Sequence record: MK250027.1
DNA length: 64,000 nt
Direction: 5' to 3' (one strand)
Shown here: positions 30,148-41,316 of the stretch, piece by piece
Layout of the letters: every line of letters begins with the position of its first letter
Position numbering within the stretch: position 1 is the first letter of the stretch
Position numbers and translations under genes: made by a program
The notes under the pieces: generated by a model
What the model was told of the DNA's origin: nothing
What the model saw: the letters and a program-made list of their open reading frames with translations, nothing else
The model's database searches: none

Positions 30148-31893
30148 TTAGAAATTATCATATGTTTGTTCAAGCATCTTAACATAATCCATATGATAAC
30201 CAAGAGGATGTTCTGATTCATTTACAGGTTTCATAATAGGTTTTTGAGAAACTTTATAACGTTTAACAAATTCTTCATTCATTATACGTTGTGCTTCTCT
30301 ATTTCTAAGACCAGTTTTCTCCCAGAACTCATCAACATCTTGTTTAGTTTCAAGAACCCAATAACGTGCCATATTCTCAATAGCATCTTGCTCTTGAAGA
30401 GAAGCATGTGTGTAAAGTTCAATATCTTTAGGATCAGCTAATCTCAACCAATTCTTAAGGATACGTTTCTCTGCAAGAAGTGGAACATTCCATTGATTGT
30501 TAATATCATCAATCTTATAGATATTATGTTCTACTACATATTTCATACATTTTTTCTTCTATGTAGGTTTAAGAGCCGCAAATTTCGCGAAGTTATCTGG
30601 TGATAATGAAACAGAGAATGGATAACGTGAAATAATCTGTTCTTTAATTGCTTCTTTCTTTTCGAGATTATCAAGAAGATCTTGGAATTCCTCCATATCT
30701 TTATCAGTTTCAGCCGCAATTCTTTCTGCTTTTTCTGTAGATGTTTTTGAATCTTCGTCAGCAGGCACAGAATCTTCTGCATCATCATTAGTTGTATCTG
30801 TATCAGAAACGTCTTCATCTTTTGAATTATCATCTGAATCAGCATCACCATCATCGGCTTTATCCTCATCAGACTATCCTTCTACATCAAGAATATCTGC
30901 ACGTTTTTCGGCTTTCTCATCATCGTCTGTATTTTCATCGGAATCACTATCAGCATCTTCTGATGTAATATCGAGGATTAATGCGCGTTTCTTTTCTTTC
31001 TCATCATCTGTAGGTTCTGATTTTGAATCTTCACTCTTATTATCTTTTGTATCATTATTTTCATCTTTATTATCAGATGAATCGTCAGAACTACTACCAT
31101 CTGGTGTTACGTCTGCTTCTGGTAATTTGAATTCTTCTTCATCTTCTTCAAGTAATGGTTTTGATAAATCTTTCAAATTAACCGGTTTGTTTTTCATTTC
31201 CATACATTTTTCATTTATTGGAGCATCTTGCTCAAGTTCATTGACTGTAACACCTTCCATAAGGACCTTATATTTCTTATTAGTTGTTTCTTTCTCTGAT
31301 TTTTGAGCTGATACTGATTCATTGAGATATGACATAGTATTAACTCCCAATGATTCATTAACCCTATCAAGTTTCGCTTCAGCGAAACCAGGAGTACAAA
31401 CAATATCATATGTGAAAATCTGAGCGATTTCTACCTCATGTGTTTTCTCATCTACATCACCTGCTGCACGAGAAGAAACAAACAATGGATAACCTGCTTC
31501 TACTAATTCCTATGCAATTTTACCATTAGGTGTATCAAGAATTTCAAGTTTACCCATTACATTATGATTTTCCTAATCATACCAAAGGTCTGTAATCTTA
31601 TGTGAAGCTTCCTTTAACTAAATATCAAAACGTCCTTCAGGATGATCCAATTCACCAAGAATTGAACCACTTTCCTTAATCATCTCTCGTAAATATCCAA
31701 GGTGACGTAAAACTTCTTTTTCTGGATAACTTCTATTATTACGGTTAATTACAACATGACCAGGAACAGAACATGCAGTAAATACACCGGAGAATATATA
31801 TTTCTTATTATTTGGTGTACTGTCAAGAGACTCGTTAAGCGTAAGAGGCTACAATGACTTACTTTTTATCATTAACTTATTACTTTTTGTCAT
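30148..31893 (-). CDS. T4 gp21-like prohead protease with acidic linker and C-terminal domain, 581 aa (six TAG)
   Basis: Read-through joins an untracked N-terminus (INRNNRSY, LGELDHP, ASHKI, DTPNG, VSSRAAG, DIVCTPGF) to track ORFs 30874..31485, 30559..30768 and 30148..30546, all in one frame. Confidence 0.85.
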
Positions 31894-31941
31894 AAAACAA
31901 AATAAATCTTATTTTTATTATTTATTTACTTTATTTATAGT

Positions 31942-33285
31942 TTATTTTCTATAAATTAACATTTTATCGATATTTGTAGATATATGTTTACTTTTAAATA
32001 ATCCAGTATTTGGATCAATAAAATCATATAAATTACTACCTAATAATAGCCAGATATTTGTAATTATAATTTTATTTTCAGATAAACTATAATCGCATAA
32101 TACATATATAGGATTAGTTGCATTATTTTTGTCTCTCTAATTCTTTGTTAAAGTTATATTTCCGAATTTTTCATTATATGATTTTATTTCAAATGTTTGT
32201 TTTAGTTCTTTATTTTTCTTGGGGTTAAATTCTATTAAAAAATCATGTACTTTTCCTCTTTTTGTAGTATTTATATTTTCTTTCTAACAATGAAATTCAG
32301 TTTTAAACATATCAATCATAAATTTAGCAACATATTGCTCTATTAACTAACCAGCAATATTAATCATAAGGTATTTATAAAAATCAGAATTAACAATATT
32401 ATTAATAGGTATCTAAATATTTAATACAATTTCTGGTTTAAATGTAGTTTGAAAATATTTGAAAATTTTATCTTTTATTTCTCCATTATTAAATTTATTT
32501 GTTAATCTTTGATCTTCTTCATTAATAATATCTTCATTAATACTTTCATATATCATCTTTAAATCATTACTAGATATTTTATGATATGATTCTTTTACAG
32601 ATATAGGTTCAACTCTACTCGTAAAATCTTCGATACATTTCTTTGTATCAAATTCTATATTTCGTCCTAAACCTCTTAATTTATCTTTATCTTTTTCTTT
32701 ATCTAATATTCCTTCTTTTACCAATTCATCGAATGCATATTTGTCATCAGAAATATATGTTGTTCCATTCTTTTTCCATTCATCTGTATATGTTTCAGTT
32801 TTACTATCATAACTAGCATCACAATTACCAAATAATCTTTTTGTATCTTTCCTGTATGCATTTCCTTTCTCTGGTATATAACATCTGAATTGCTTTCCAT
32901 CATAATAAATCATTACACATAATGGGCATTCCCAATCACCTCCAACCATCATTACAATATACGGACATCCTTTAACTGTTCGTAATCCACCGGTAATATC
33001 ATAATTTTCCCAATCAGGTTGAATTCCTTTAAAATCTTTCTTAATGATAGTTTCACCTTTCTTATCATTATAATATATTGTTCTTATAGCTCTTGGTAAT
33101 GATGATATAATTTTGGAAGTAGAATTAGTTTTATTCATTTTATCGGTAGTCCAACTATCATCTTTACATGTATCAAGAATAAATTTCTTTGCTTTCTCTC
33201 CAAACTATTTCTCTGATAATTTAGCAATCTTTCTACCACCTTTTCTTAATTTTACATCATTATATAATGAATAATATTTTCCCAT
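31942..33285 (-). CDS. Two-domain protein with C-terminal PD-(D/E)XK-like nuclease, 447 aa
   Basis: Track ORF 32413..33138 ends in TAG. Read-through adds EQYVAK...HDFLIEF...TFEIKSY, and an N-terminal extension to ATG 33285. Confidence 0.6.
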
Positions 33286-33287
33286 TG

Positions 33288-34763
33288 TTAACTATATTTT
33301 ATTTTATATTTTTTAATTTCAGATGGAACAGTATATAAGAATTTTATAAATTCATCTAACGTCCATTCTGCATATGAATCAAATTCGTCTTCATTAATAT
33401 CCAAACTTAATAATTCTCTATTAACATAATAATCAATATTTGATTTATCTATTATTAAATTATCATTTAACCATAAATCATTAATAACTTTATTCTTTAT
33501 TAATAATTTTATATTTGGATAATTTTTACCTTTATTATCTGTATCATTCATTGTAACACTATCGCATACTTCATATAATAATTCAAATTCTCTGAATGTT
33601 AATACATCAATAGACATACAATCATCATTATCATATGTGTCACTATCTTGACCATCCAAATATATAACATCTTCTAATGGGAAATAATAATCATTATCAT
33701 TTAAATTCTATATTTCATCATCAACAATAACATTATAAATTTTTGCATAATTTCCATTTGGATCACCATAACCATAATCAAATTCACCAACATCAAATGT
33801 TAATGTTCCTCTATCATATCCTAATTTTAGAAAATCCCATGAATTTAATAATCTTCCAGAATTTCCCTTATTACTCATAGGTGTACCTTTATCAAAAAAT
33901 GCAATATTATTCATGTTATATTTTCTTAAATCTATACATGAAAAATCCTAATCAAATGAACCACATAGAAATAACATATTCTTAAATGATTTTACACTAT
34001 TCATATTCCATTTCTATATAGGTTGATTAAACTTCTTACATAAACTAAACATGTTATCCATACATTCTACTTTTGATACATCCCAATTACTAATATCCTA
34101 ATTAAATAGTTCACAGTTATTAAACATATCGGTCATGTCAAGAGCATTCTCAGTATTCCATTTAGTTATATCACCATTAAATTTCCTACATGTATCAAAC
34201 ATACCTATAAAAAATTCAACATTATGAACGTCCCAATTACTTATACCATTATTACCATCATATTCTTTACAGTAAATAAACATGTTTGTCATTGTACATA
34301 CATTAGATGTATTCCATTTACTAAGATCACATATCTATATCTAATTGCCAAATACTTGTTTCATTCTTGTTACATGTGCAGTATTCCAATCCTCTACATG
34401 CCAAAATATAGGATACTTATCTCCCATCTATGGTTTGAACTAAAGTAAATAATCCAATTTCTTTACATTACGTATATCAATCCAATTAAGATTAAATTCA
34501 TGTATATCATCTTTAAATAACTAAGGTTTAATCTTATTATAAATTAAATCATGTAATTCATTATAATCCGCAACTTTATATTGAAACTATGGTGTTAATA
34601 CTAATTCTAGATCATCATCAGATACAGTAAAACCATTCTTTAACTTATTTAATATATTATCGACATCTCGACCTATTAATATATCACTATGATCAATTTC
34701 ATTATCAAATATATCGTCATCATCAAATAATGATTCCATTAAATTATATATATATTTCTTCAT
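33288..34763 (-). CDS. DUF285/BspA-like repeat protein, 491 aa (many TAG)
   Basis: Joins 34098..34292, 33708..33914 and 33288..33659. Repeats NLNWIDI, KWNTSNV, FN(TAG)DISNWDVSKV, FNQPI(TAG)KWN. Confidence 0.85.
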
Positions 34764-34792
34764 ATATTAATATAAATATTATTTTAATAAAA

Positions 34793-35119
34793 TTACCAAT
34801 GATAACCTAATTCTGCACCCATTGCGGCTAATACTAATTTAGATGTTAAAAGATTTCCTAAAGTTCCTTTTTCATCAATGCCTAAACACTTACAAATAGC
34901 TTTCATTATACTTTGTCCAATAGTTGATGAAACTGCACTTCCTAATAATGCAGTAAATAAACCTTCATCTACTACATCTTCCAGCGGTACACCTTCTTTT
35001 TTCGCAATTTCATTTGCTTCAACTATATAATCATATACTTTCTTACTATCCATTATCTATTTAGGCGTATAACCACTTAAATCAATGCCTTCAAATAAAT
35101 TATTATATTTTTCACTCAT
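34793..35119 (-). CDS. Small hydrophobic protein, 108 aa (one TAG)
   Basis: Extends to MSEKYNNLFEGIDL; contains VVDEGLFTALLG and two hydrophobic helices. Confidence 0.75.
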
Positions 35120-35240
35120 TATATTATTAAAATCAATTCTTTAAGATATTTATTTTATATATAAATAATCTGAATAAATATCTAAAAGATAATAATGAAT
35201 TATCTTATAAATGTAAAAAATAATTATCGATAATTATAAT

Positions 35241-36494
35241 ATGAAAAAACAAATGAAAACAGTTAATAAAGTTAATTCAAAGAAAGAACTTTATAACTCT
35301 ATTATGGAATCTGTTGTTCCTTAGATTGCAAAAGCATTGAGTGAAGCAGAAGATGAAGATAAAGATGTAGATTCTGCTGAAGATGATGTAAAGGATGCAG
35401 AGAAAAATGAGTGTGATAATGTAGATGAAGCGGCACTTAACGAGTTATTCGGTTTTGGTTCATCAGTGAAGAAACCTGAGAAAGCATTATCTCTTGAAAA
35501 TTCTGATGAAGAGAATGCAGATTTATTTATTGCATGGTCAGCATACTATATGTCTAAATGTAGCAATGATGCAAAGAAAGGTATGGAGATGTTCTTGAAA
35601 GAATCGGGTGAGATTATTTCAAAAGCACCTATGATGATTGTTAAGGGTATTCTTCGTTTAATGTCTGGTGCAATTAAAGGTGCAGTATTTGGTGTTGGTA
35701 CAGTTGCTGCTGTTGTTCTTGGAGGTATTTCTATGTTGGTTCGTATGGCAGTAAACGGTGTAGAGAAAGCAAAAGAAGCACTTGCTGAATTATATAAAAC
35801 TATTAAACAAGGTATTTCAACATTCTATAAGAATTTTACATCTGGCACTGATAAGATGGTTAATGATTCAAAAGATAAGTTAACTGTATGGCTTGGTGTT
35901 CTTTCAGGTGCACTTATGGCATGTGCAAATAAAATTCAAGGAGCTGCTGAAGCAATGGGTGATTTCTTCAAACAAGTTCTTGCAGACGCTAAAGAGAAGA
36001 AAGATGCAGCTGTTCTTATCGTAAAGACTTGGTTACAGGCAAAATCAGAAGCAGTTAAATCTTGGATTACAGAAACTGGTGGAGAAATTCGCAAAACTGT
36101 AATTGAAGCATGGAATGCAATGGATAAAAAAGTCCGTAATACTTATGATAAGGTAGCTAAAGCACTTGAATCATGGATGAATGATATTAAGGAGCTTGTC
36201 CAAGCAGTTTCACAGAAAGTATCAGATGCGGCAGATAAAGCTAAAGATGTTGTAATTGATAAGAAAGATAAAGCACTTGTATGGGGTATTTAGAAAGGAG
36301 TTAAAGGTCTTTCAAAGAATTATACAGAAGATCAAGTTGTAGCCCTTGTTCGTAAATGTTATAATGAGTCTGTAGTTCCTAATAAGAGAACTGGTAATAT
36401 CATTATCAATGAAGCATATATGCATGCTAAAGGAACAAGAACACGTATGCTTTATGAAAAGAGATTAGCACGTAAAGCTAGATTATTGAAGTAA
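35241..36494 (+). CDS. Helical Ala/Lys-rich protein with central hydrophobic hairpin, 417 aa (two TAG)
   Basis: Track ORF 35337..36293 extends to ATG 35241 and TAA 36494. Higher GC, amphipathic repeats, VDEAALNELFGFG. Confidence 0.8.
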
Positions 36495-36521
36495 TTTAAT
36501 TTTACAATCATATAATGAATT

Positions 36522-36550
36522 AAGGGATAAATCATTAAGATTTATCCCTT
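36522..36550. terminator. Bidirectional terminator
   Basis: AAGGGATAAATC/GATTTATCCCTT between convergent genes. Confidence 0.8.
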
Positions 36551-36555
36551 CTTTT

Positions 36556-36783
36556 TTATAATGAAAAATTTGAATATTGTTGAATTGCATCAACTGTTTG
36601 TTGTGCAACCGGTATTTTATATTTAATTAACAGTTCAATTAATTGTCTTTGAGTTAATTCAATTTTATCTGATTTAACATATACATATTTTGTTTGAACA
36701 CCAACTTTACTTAAATCGATAGGCTTACATTTTCTATCTTCTGTATCAATTGGTTTAATCTTATCAAAATTAAAAGATTTCAT
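36556..36783 (-). CDS. Hypothetical protein
   Basis: 75-aa ORF. Confidence 0.7.
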   Translation of the reverse strand: MKSFNFDKIKPIDTEDRKCKPIDLSKVGVQTKYVYVKSDKIELTQRQLIELLIKYKIPVAQQTVDAIQQYSNFSL

Positions 36784-36813
36784 TTATTCTATAAAATAAT
36801 TTTATTATTTATT

Positions 36814-37107
36814 TTAAATATATGTTGTCTCTCTTTTATGATCAAAGATTGTCATATCCATTTTTTCTGTAAATCTATGTAACTTTCTTAAAGATGCAGG
36901 CGAACTAGAAACAGATAAATCATGTATAAATATTTTTAATTCATTATTTCTTATTTCTTTTTCTCTACGTTTATTAATATTATTTTCTCTTTTAATACTT
37001 GCATGAACAATACCATTATATTGATGTTTACTTTTAAATATTGGTCGTTCATCATCTATACGATTTCGTTTATTATTAATAATACGTCTATTAAATTTTT
37101 TTATCAT
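36814..37107 (-). CDS. Basic hypothetical protein
   Basis: 97-aa ORF. Confidence 0.7.
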   Translation of the reverse strand: MIKKFNRRIINNKRNRIDDERPIFKSKHQYNGIVHASIKRENNINKRREKEIRNNELKIFIHDLSVSSSPASLRKLHRFTEKMDMTIFDHKRETTYI

Positions 37108-37110
37108 ATA

Positions 37111-37323
37111 TTATAGTATTTTATTAAGGTCATTCATAATTTTTGTTAATGAATTTGCATTCATATATGGATTAAAATTTTGTAATTTGGACTTTAATGA
37201 TTCTTGTATTTGTTGTTGTTCTTTTTTTCGTGTATATTCATTATATGAATCATTTAAAATTTTATATACAAGATTTATTAATTCATCTAAATTATTCGTA
37301 TGCTTATTTTTAAACTTTATCAT
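37111..37323 (-). CDS. Hypothetical protein
   Basis: 70-aa ORF. Confidence 0.7.
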   Translation of the reverse strand: MIKFKNKHTNNLDELINLVYKILNDSYNEYTRKKEQQQIQESLKSKLQNFNPYMNANSLTKIMNDLNKIL

Positions 37324-37892
37324 TATTTAAAAATTTTAAATATTCCTAAAAATTTCTTTTTTTTCATATCTTCAATCTGTTGTTTAAGATCTGTATTTTC
37401 ATTTTCAAGAATCTTATTTTTCTTTTTAATATCAATATAGAGATTTTCTATTTGTTCAAGGTCTTGTTTGTAATAATTAAACGCATTTTCTCTTTCTTCG
37501 TTATTACAGTGATTAAGGCATTTAATAAACATTTCAATAATTAATAGAGATGATTCTTTTTGCATATCCTCAATCATTTCTGAATGCTTATCTGGATCTG
37601 AATCTAATCCATCTTTTTCATATTCTATTGTTTTCTTTGCCAATGTAGATGTAGCTCTTATTTGATATTCATTAAATAAATCTTGAATAAATTTACGTGT
37701 TCTCTTAATGAATTCAATATCTTCTTTTGATTTACCTTCAAGTTCTTTATCATCCCATACAATCTGGGTACAAATATTATCAGGATTTACATTTTCTTTC
37801 TGGAGTATTTCATATTCTTCTTTCAAATCACTCAAATTATTTTGAAATACTTCGTTTATTAATTTATCTCGCCTTGTAACTAAACTTTCCAT
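37323..37892 (-). CDS. Coiled-coil hypothetical protein
   Basis: 189-aa ORF. Confidence 0.8.
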   Translation of the reverse strand: MESLVTRRDKLINEVFQNNLSDLKEEYEILQKENVNPDNICTQIVWDDKELEGKSKEDIEFIKRTRKFIQDLFNEYQIRATSTLAKKTIEYEKDGLDSDPDKHSEMIEDMQKESSLLIIEMFIKCLNHCNNEERENAFNYYKQDLEQIENLYIDIKKKNKILENENTDLKQQIEDMKKKKFLGIFKIFK

Positions 37893-38003
37893 TCTAACTA
37901 ATTACTCTTTTATTATAATTTATATAATACAATTAAATAAATGTCTTATTTATAAAAATAAAAGTGATATATATTGATTTATATATCACTTTTATATATT
38001 ATA

Positions 38004-38117
38004 TTATTTACATGTAGACCATCGTTGTTTCATACACATATCTACATATTCTTCTTCTAATGCATCACCAATAAAATTATTGATTGCTTCTTTGAATCTC
38101 TTTAAAAAATTTTTCAT
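38004..38117 (-). CDS. 37-aa early peptide (absent from track)
   Basis: MKKFLKRFKEAINNFIGDALEEEYVDMCMKQRWSTCK, between a class I promoter and an inverted-repeat terminator. Confidence 0.55.
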   Translation of the reverse strand: MKNFLKRFKEAINNFIGDALEEEYVDMCMKQRWSTCK

Positions 38118-38145
38118 ATAATAATTAATTTTAAATGTTATAACA

Positions 38146-38153
38146 CAAAGATA
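38146..38153 (-). promoter_or_regulatory. Class I host-type promoter TATCTTTG
   Basis: ATGTATCTTTGTG. Confidence 0.75.
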
Positions 38154-38177
38154 CATTAATTATTTTATATGAAAAAA

Positions 38178-38567
38178 TTAATTTATTAATTCATAATAAG
38201 TTAATACCTTACAATATCCAGAATCCCAAGAATCATAATAAAAACCGTTTATAGACGCAACAACGTGCCCTCTTAAATTCAATAAAAAATATCCTTTATC
38301 ATATTTTTTTACAAATTCGCTAACGGTTAATCTATGTTGACCTTTAGTCATTCGGCCAAATGAACGTTTAACATAATTATGTTCTTTTAACCATAATTCA
38401 ATTATCTTCCATTCATTAGGCATTCGTTTTTTCTTCCTACCTAATGCACATAATTCATCATAACATGTATACCAATCTCTATGAGTTAATTTCATCATAG
38501 CTCTTATTGCACAATCATCCGCATTCTTTTTCTGAGATACAAATTTAATATATCTATCATTGATCAT
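38178..38567 (-). CDS. Small papain-like (Cys-His-Asp) fold protein
   Basis: DDCAIRAM...RGHVVA...YYDSWDSG. Confidence 0.55.
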   Translation of the reverse strand: MINDRYIKFVSQKKNADDCAIRAMMKLTHRDWYTCYDELCALGRKKKRMPNEWKIIELWLKEHNYVKRSFGRMTKGQHRLTVSEFVKKYDKGYFLLNLRGHVVASINGFYYDSWDSGYCKVLTYYELIN

Positions 38568-38652
38568 AATTAATAAAATTAATTTATATAATAAAATATT
38601 AATCTATTTCTTTAAACAAAAAAATCTGGAAATTATAAACTTCCAGATTTTC

Positions 38653-39624
38653 TTACATATCATATTCATGTTTTTTATCTAATTCTGAATCGATTATCTT
38701 ATAGAAGTCATATATATATTGATTAAAGTAATCATTAAAGAAATTATATACGTTCTTTGCAATTTGCTTATCTCTTCTTGTTAACTTATAATCGAGTTTC
38801 TTAATATTTTCAATGTATTCTTTATCAATACCAAAATTATTTATATTTAATTCCGTTAAATAATATCCTAAATAAAATACTGGTCTCATTTCATTTGGGT
38901 CTTCATCCATAAAATGGAATAAGAAAAAATAAAATAAATTATAATAACTAGTATTAATAAAATAATTTATTAAACAACATATACGTTTAAATCCATGATT
39001 ACCATAACAAATTAAATTTACGTCGTCTTGAGATAATTTATCAATATTTTCTTTGATATTTTTTTCTCTATTTATTTTTTCTGAAGGTGATAGCAACGAA
39101 ATCATTCTTGTTATGAATAAAAATTCAGATGAAGATATATTTATATCATTTTTTAAGTTATGAACATATGTTATACTATCTTCAATTTTAATTCTATTAG
39201 TCAAACAGAATTCCAAATAAAATAGTTGTGTTCTTAATTGATGTTCATATTTATTAATATCAGAACTTACATAATGTAAGTTCAAAAATATAAACATTCC
39301 TTCATCATTTAATTTAATATCTGTAAATTGATAATCATCATCGTCATAATAATGAACATATATAGATACTCCTCCACCATAAGGTGTAAGCATATTCATA
39401 AATTCATATACACTATCTGCACTTAATGGATATTCACGAGATAACTTAAGTTCTATTTCAAAATTATTTTCTATTGATTTTGTAATAGCTTCATGTGCAA
39501 TATCCTTATGTAATTTAGCACATCTATCATAGAATTCTTTAATTGCTGTATATCTGTATGTTGGTATAATATCTCTTATCTTATTTACAATATTCTTATT
39601 TAACATCTTTTTACTCAATGCCAT
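38653..39624 (-). CDS. Hypothetical protein
   Basis: 323-aa ORF. Confidence 0.8.
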   Translation of the reverse strand: MALSKKMLNKNIVNKIRDIIPTYRYTAIKEFYDRCAKLHKDIAHEAITKSIENNFEIELKLSREYPLSADSVYEFMNMLTPYGGGVSIYVHYYDDDDYQFTDIKLNDEGMFIFLNLHYVSSDINKYEHQLRTQLFYLEFCLTNRIKIEDSITYVHNLKNDINISSSEFLFITRMISLLSPSEKINREKNIKENIDKLSQDDVNLICYGNHGFKRICCLINYFINTSYYNLFYFFLFHFMDEDPNEMRPVFYLGYYLTELNINNFGIDKEYIENIKKLDYKLTRRDKQIAKNVYNFFNDYFNQYIYDFYKIIDSELDKKHEYDM

Positions 39625-39636
39625 TTAATATATTTA

Positions 39637-39855
39637 TTATTTATAACGATATGAAATACGACCCTTTGTAAGATCATATGGTGACATTTCAACTTTTACC
39701 TTATCCCCTGTAATAAGTTTAATATAATTCATTCTAAGTTTACCAGCAAGAACACAGTTAATTTCAAATCCATTTTCAAGTTCAACCTTAAATCTTGTGC
39801 TAGGTAGACATTCGGTAATAACACCATTCATTTCCAATGCTTTTTCTTTCGCCAT
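39637..39855 (-). CDS. infA: Translation initiation factor IF-1
   Basis: 72 aa MAKE...LP...FKVELENG...GKLRMNYI...[21 protein letters not shown]. Confidence 0.97.
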   Translation of the reverse strand: MAKEKALEMNGVITECLPSTRFKVELENGFEINCVLAGKLRMNYIKLITGDKVKVEMSPYDLTKGRISYRYK

Positions 39856-39879
39856 TATTAAATTATTAGTTTTATAAAA

Positions 39880-40074
39880 TTATTCATATGAGACATAAAC
39901 ATTATGTGTTTTATATTCATCATTCTCATCGAACACGCATATATTTATCTTATATCCTGATATTTTCTTTATGAAAATATTCCATATATCTTTAAATGTT
40001 AATTCAACACCTTCTATATAAGGACCTTTTTCTTGAATTCTTTTTTCTACAATTTTTTTATTTAATAAATCCAT
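39880..40074 (-). CDS. Hypothetical protein
   Basis: 64-aa ORF. Confidence 0.65.
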   Translation of the reverse strand: MDLLNKKIVEKRIQEKGPYIEGVELTFKDIWNIFIKKISGYKINICVFDENDEYKTHNVYVSYE

Positions 40075-40077
40075 AAT

Positions 40078-40236
40078 TTATCTAATTAACATTTCTTCAA
40101 ATTCTAAATCAGTTGGATATACATTAACTGATAATAAATTTATTTGTTTTTTAATATTTCTTATTTCTAATTTTAAATAATTAAAATCGGAAACTACTTT
40201 TTTAAAATTATTATTTTTATTTCTAAATTTAATCAT
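40078..40236 (-). CDS. Small coiled-coil protein (MIKF family)
   Basis: Start reassigned to MIKFRNK at 40236, which overlaps the upstream stop. Confidence 0.6.
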   Translation of the reverse strand: MIKFRNKNNNFKKVVSDFNYLKLEIRNIKKQINLLSVNVYPTDLEFEEMLIR

Positions 40237-40453
40237 TACAATATGACATTTGAATTGTTGGTGTATATGTTTTATATGTATATTGTGTACCTTTTCTATG
40301 TTGATGACTATTAAATGTGTTAACCATATCATTTTGATGACATTCTAAATTCTTAAGGTGTTGTTCCAATATAGATATAGAATCTCTTAAAAATATAATT
40401 TTATCATTTAATATTTTTATTTGATTCTTCTTCGATTCTTTAAACTTAATCAT
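40229..40453 (-). CDS. Small coiled-coil protein (MIKF family)
   Basis: 74 aa; FNSHQH motif. Confidence 0.65.
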   Translation of the reverse strand: MIKFKESKKNQIKILNDKIIFLRDSISILEQHLKNLECHQNDMVNTFNSHQHRKGTQYTYKTYTPTIQMSYCND

Positions 40454-40719
40454 TTTATTAATTGCATCGGTATATCAGTTTCAAATGTTTTACTATAACC
40501 ATTATAACCTGTTTGAACATGTATATGATCATTAAATATTTTTGCATTTTCTTTCATTAAATATTTAATATTATCTATATCATTTTTGGTATTTGCTTTT
40601 AGTGATCTTAATTCACTTTCCAGTTGCTGTATTCTATTACGTAATTCCATATTGTTCCAACCAAGTTCATTAAAACGACAAGCAAGATTACGTTTATTAT
40701 AAGGTTTCTTTTTAATCAT
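40450..40719 (-). CDS. Small coiled-coil protein (MIK family)
   Basis: 89 aa; FNDHIH motif similar to its neighbour. Confidence 0.7.
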   Translation of the reverse strand: MIKKKPYNKRNLACRFNELGWNNMELRNRIQQLESELRSLKANTKNDIDNIKYLMKENAKIFNDHIHVQTGYNGYSKTFETDIPMQLIK

Positions 40720-40723
40720 TATA

Positions 40724-41227
40724 TTATCTTGTAATAGAAATATTCATATCATCAAATACATTTTGATCTGCAAGTAATATCCAGCGTCCATTATCATTAA
40801 TACAGCATCGCCCTATAACCATATTATCATTCATATAGATATAATAATAATTTTCACCGATGCCTCTTGATCCATATTGATGATTCCAATCTGTATTTTT
40901 AATAATATTATCTATATCAAATTGTTTCTTTACATTTTCATTAGTATTACCAAATATACAATACCAGTTATAATCATCATATTTCTCATGTATCACTTCC
41001 AAATTATTTTCCTTAATAACTTTACATATTTCAGAAAAAAGTGTCTTAGAAACAAAATCTGATGCCTTATATGAAGGATATTTATTAACTAATATACCAT
41101 CATTAAATGATTCAACAAATTTCTTCCAATTAACAGGATTTAAACAAACTTTTGCTTGTTCCTTTCTCTTATTTTTATTTGTTGATTCAAATAATATATT
41201 CATTGTATCTCTTATATTCTTATTCAT
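40724..41227 (-). CDS. Hypothetical protein with ILFES leader
   Basis: 167 aa, begins MNKNIRDTMNILFES. Confidence 0.8.
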   Translation of the reverse strand: MNKNIRDTMNILFESTNKNKRKEQAKVCLNPVNWKKFVESFNDGILVNKYPSYKASDFVSKTLFSEICKVIKENNLEVIHEKYDDYNWYCIFGNTNENVKKQFDIDNIIKNTDWNHQYGSRGIGENYYYIYMNDNMVIGRCCINDNGRWILLADQNVFDDMNISITR

Positions 41228-41251
41228 ATTTTTACCTTATTATAATTAACT

Positions 41252-41280
41252 ATTATAATAATTAAAAATAAAAAAGTCTA
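41252..41280 (-). promoter_or_regulatory. Class II promoter TAGACT-N17-TATAAT
   Basis: Perfect consensus, overlapping a terminator-like inverted repeat. Confidence 0.65.
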
Positions 41281-41316
41281 TAACCGTATAAAAGTTATAG
41301 ACTTATATATAATATT

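Noticed and set aside
30543-31409. Alternative-frame ORFs 30543..30869 and 31215..31409
   Set aside because: Overlap the continuous code-15 protease frame; typical shadows of acidic low-complexity coding.
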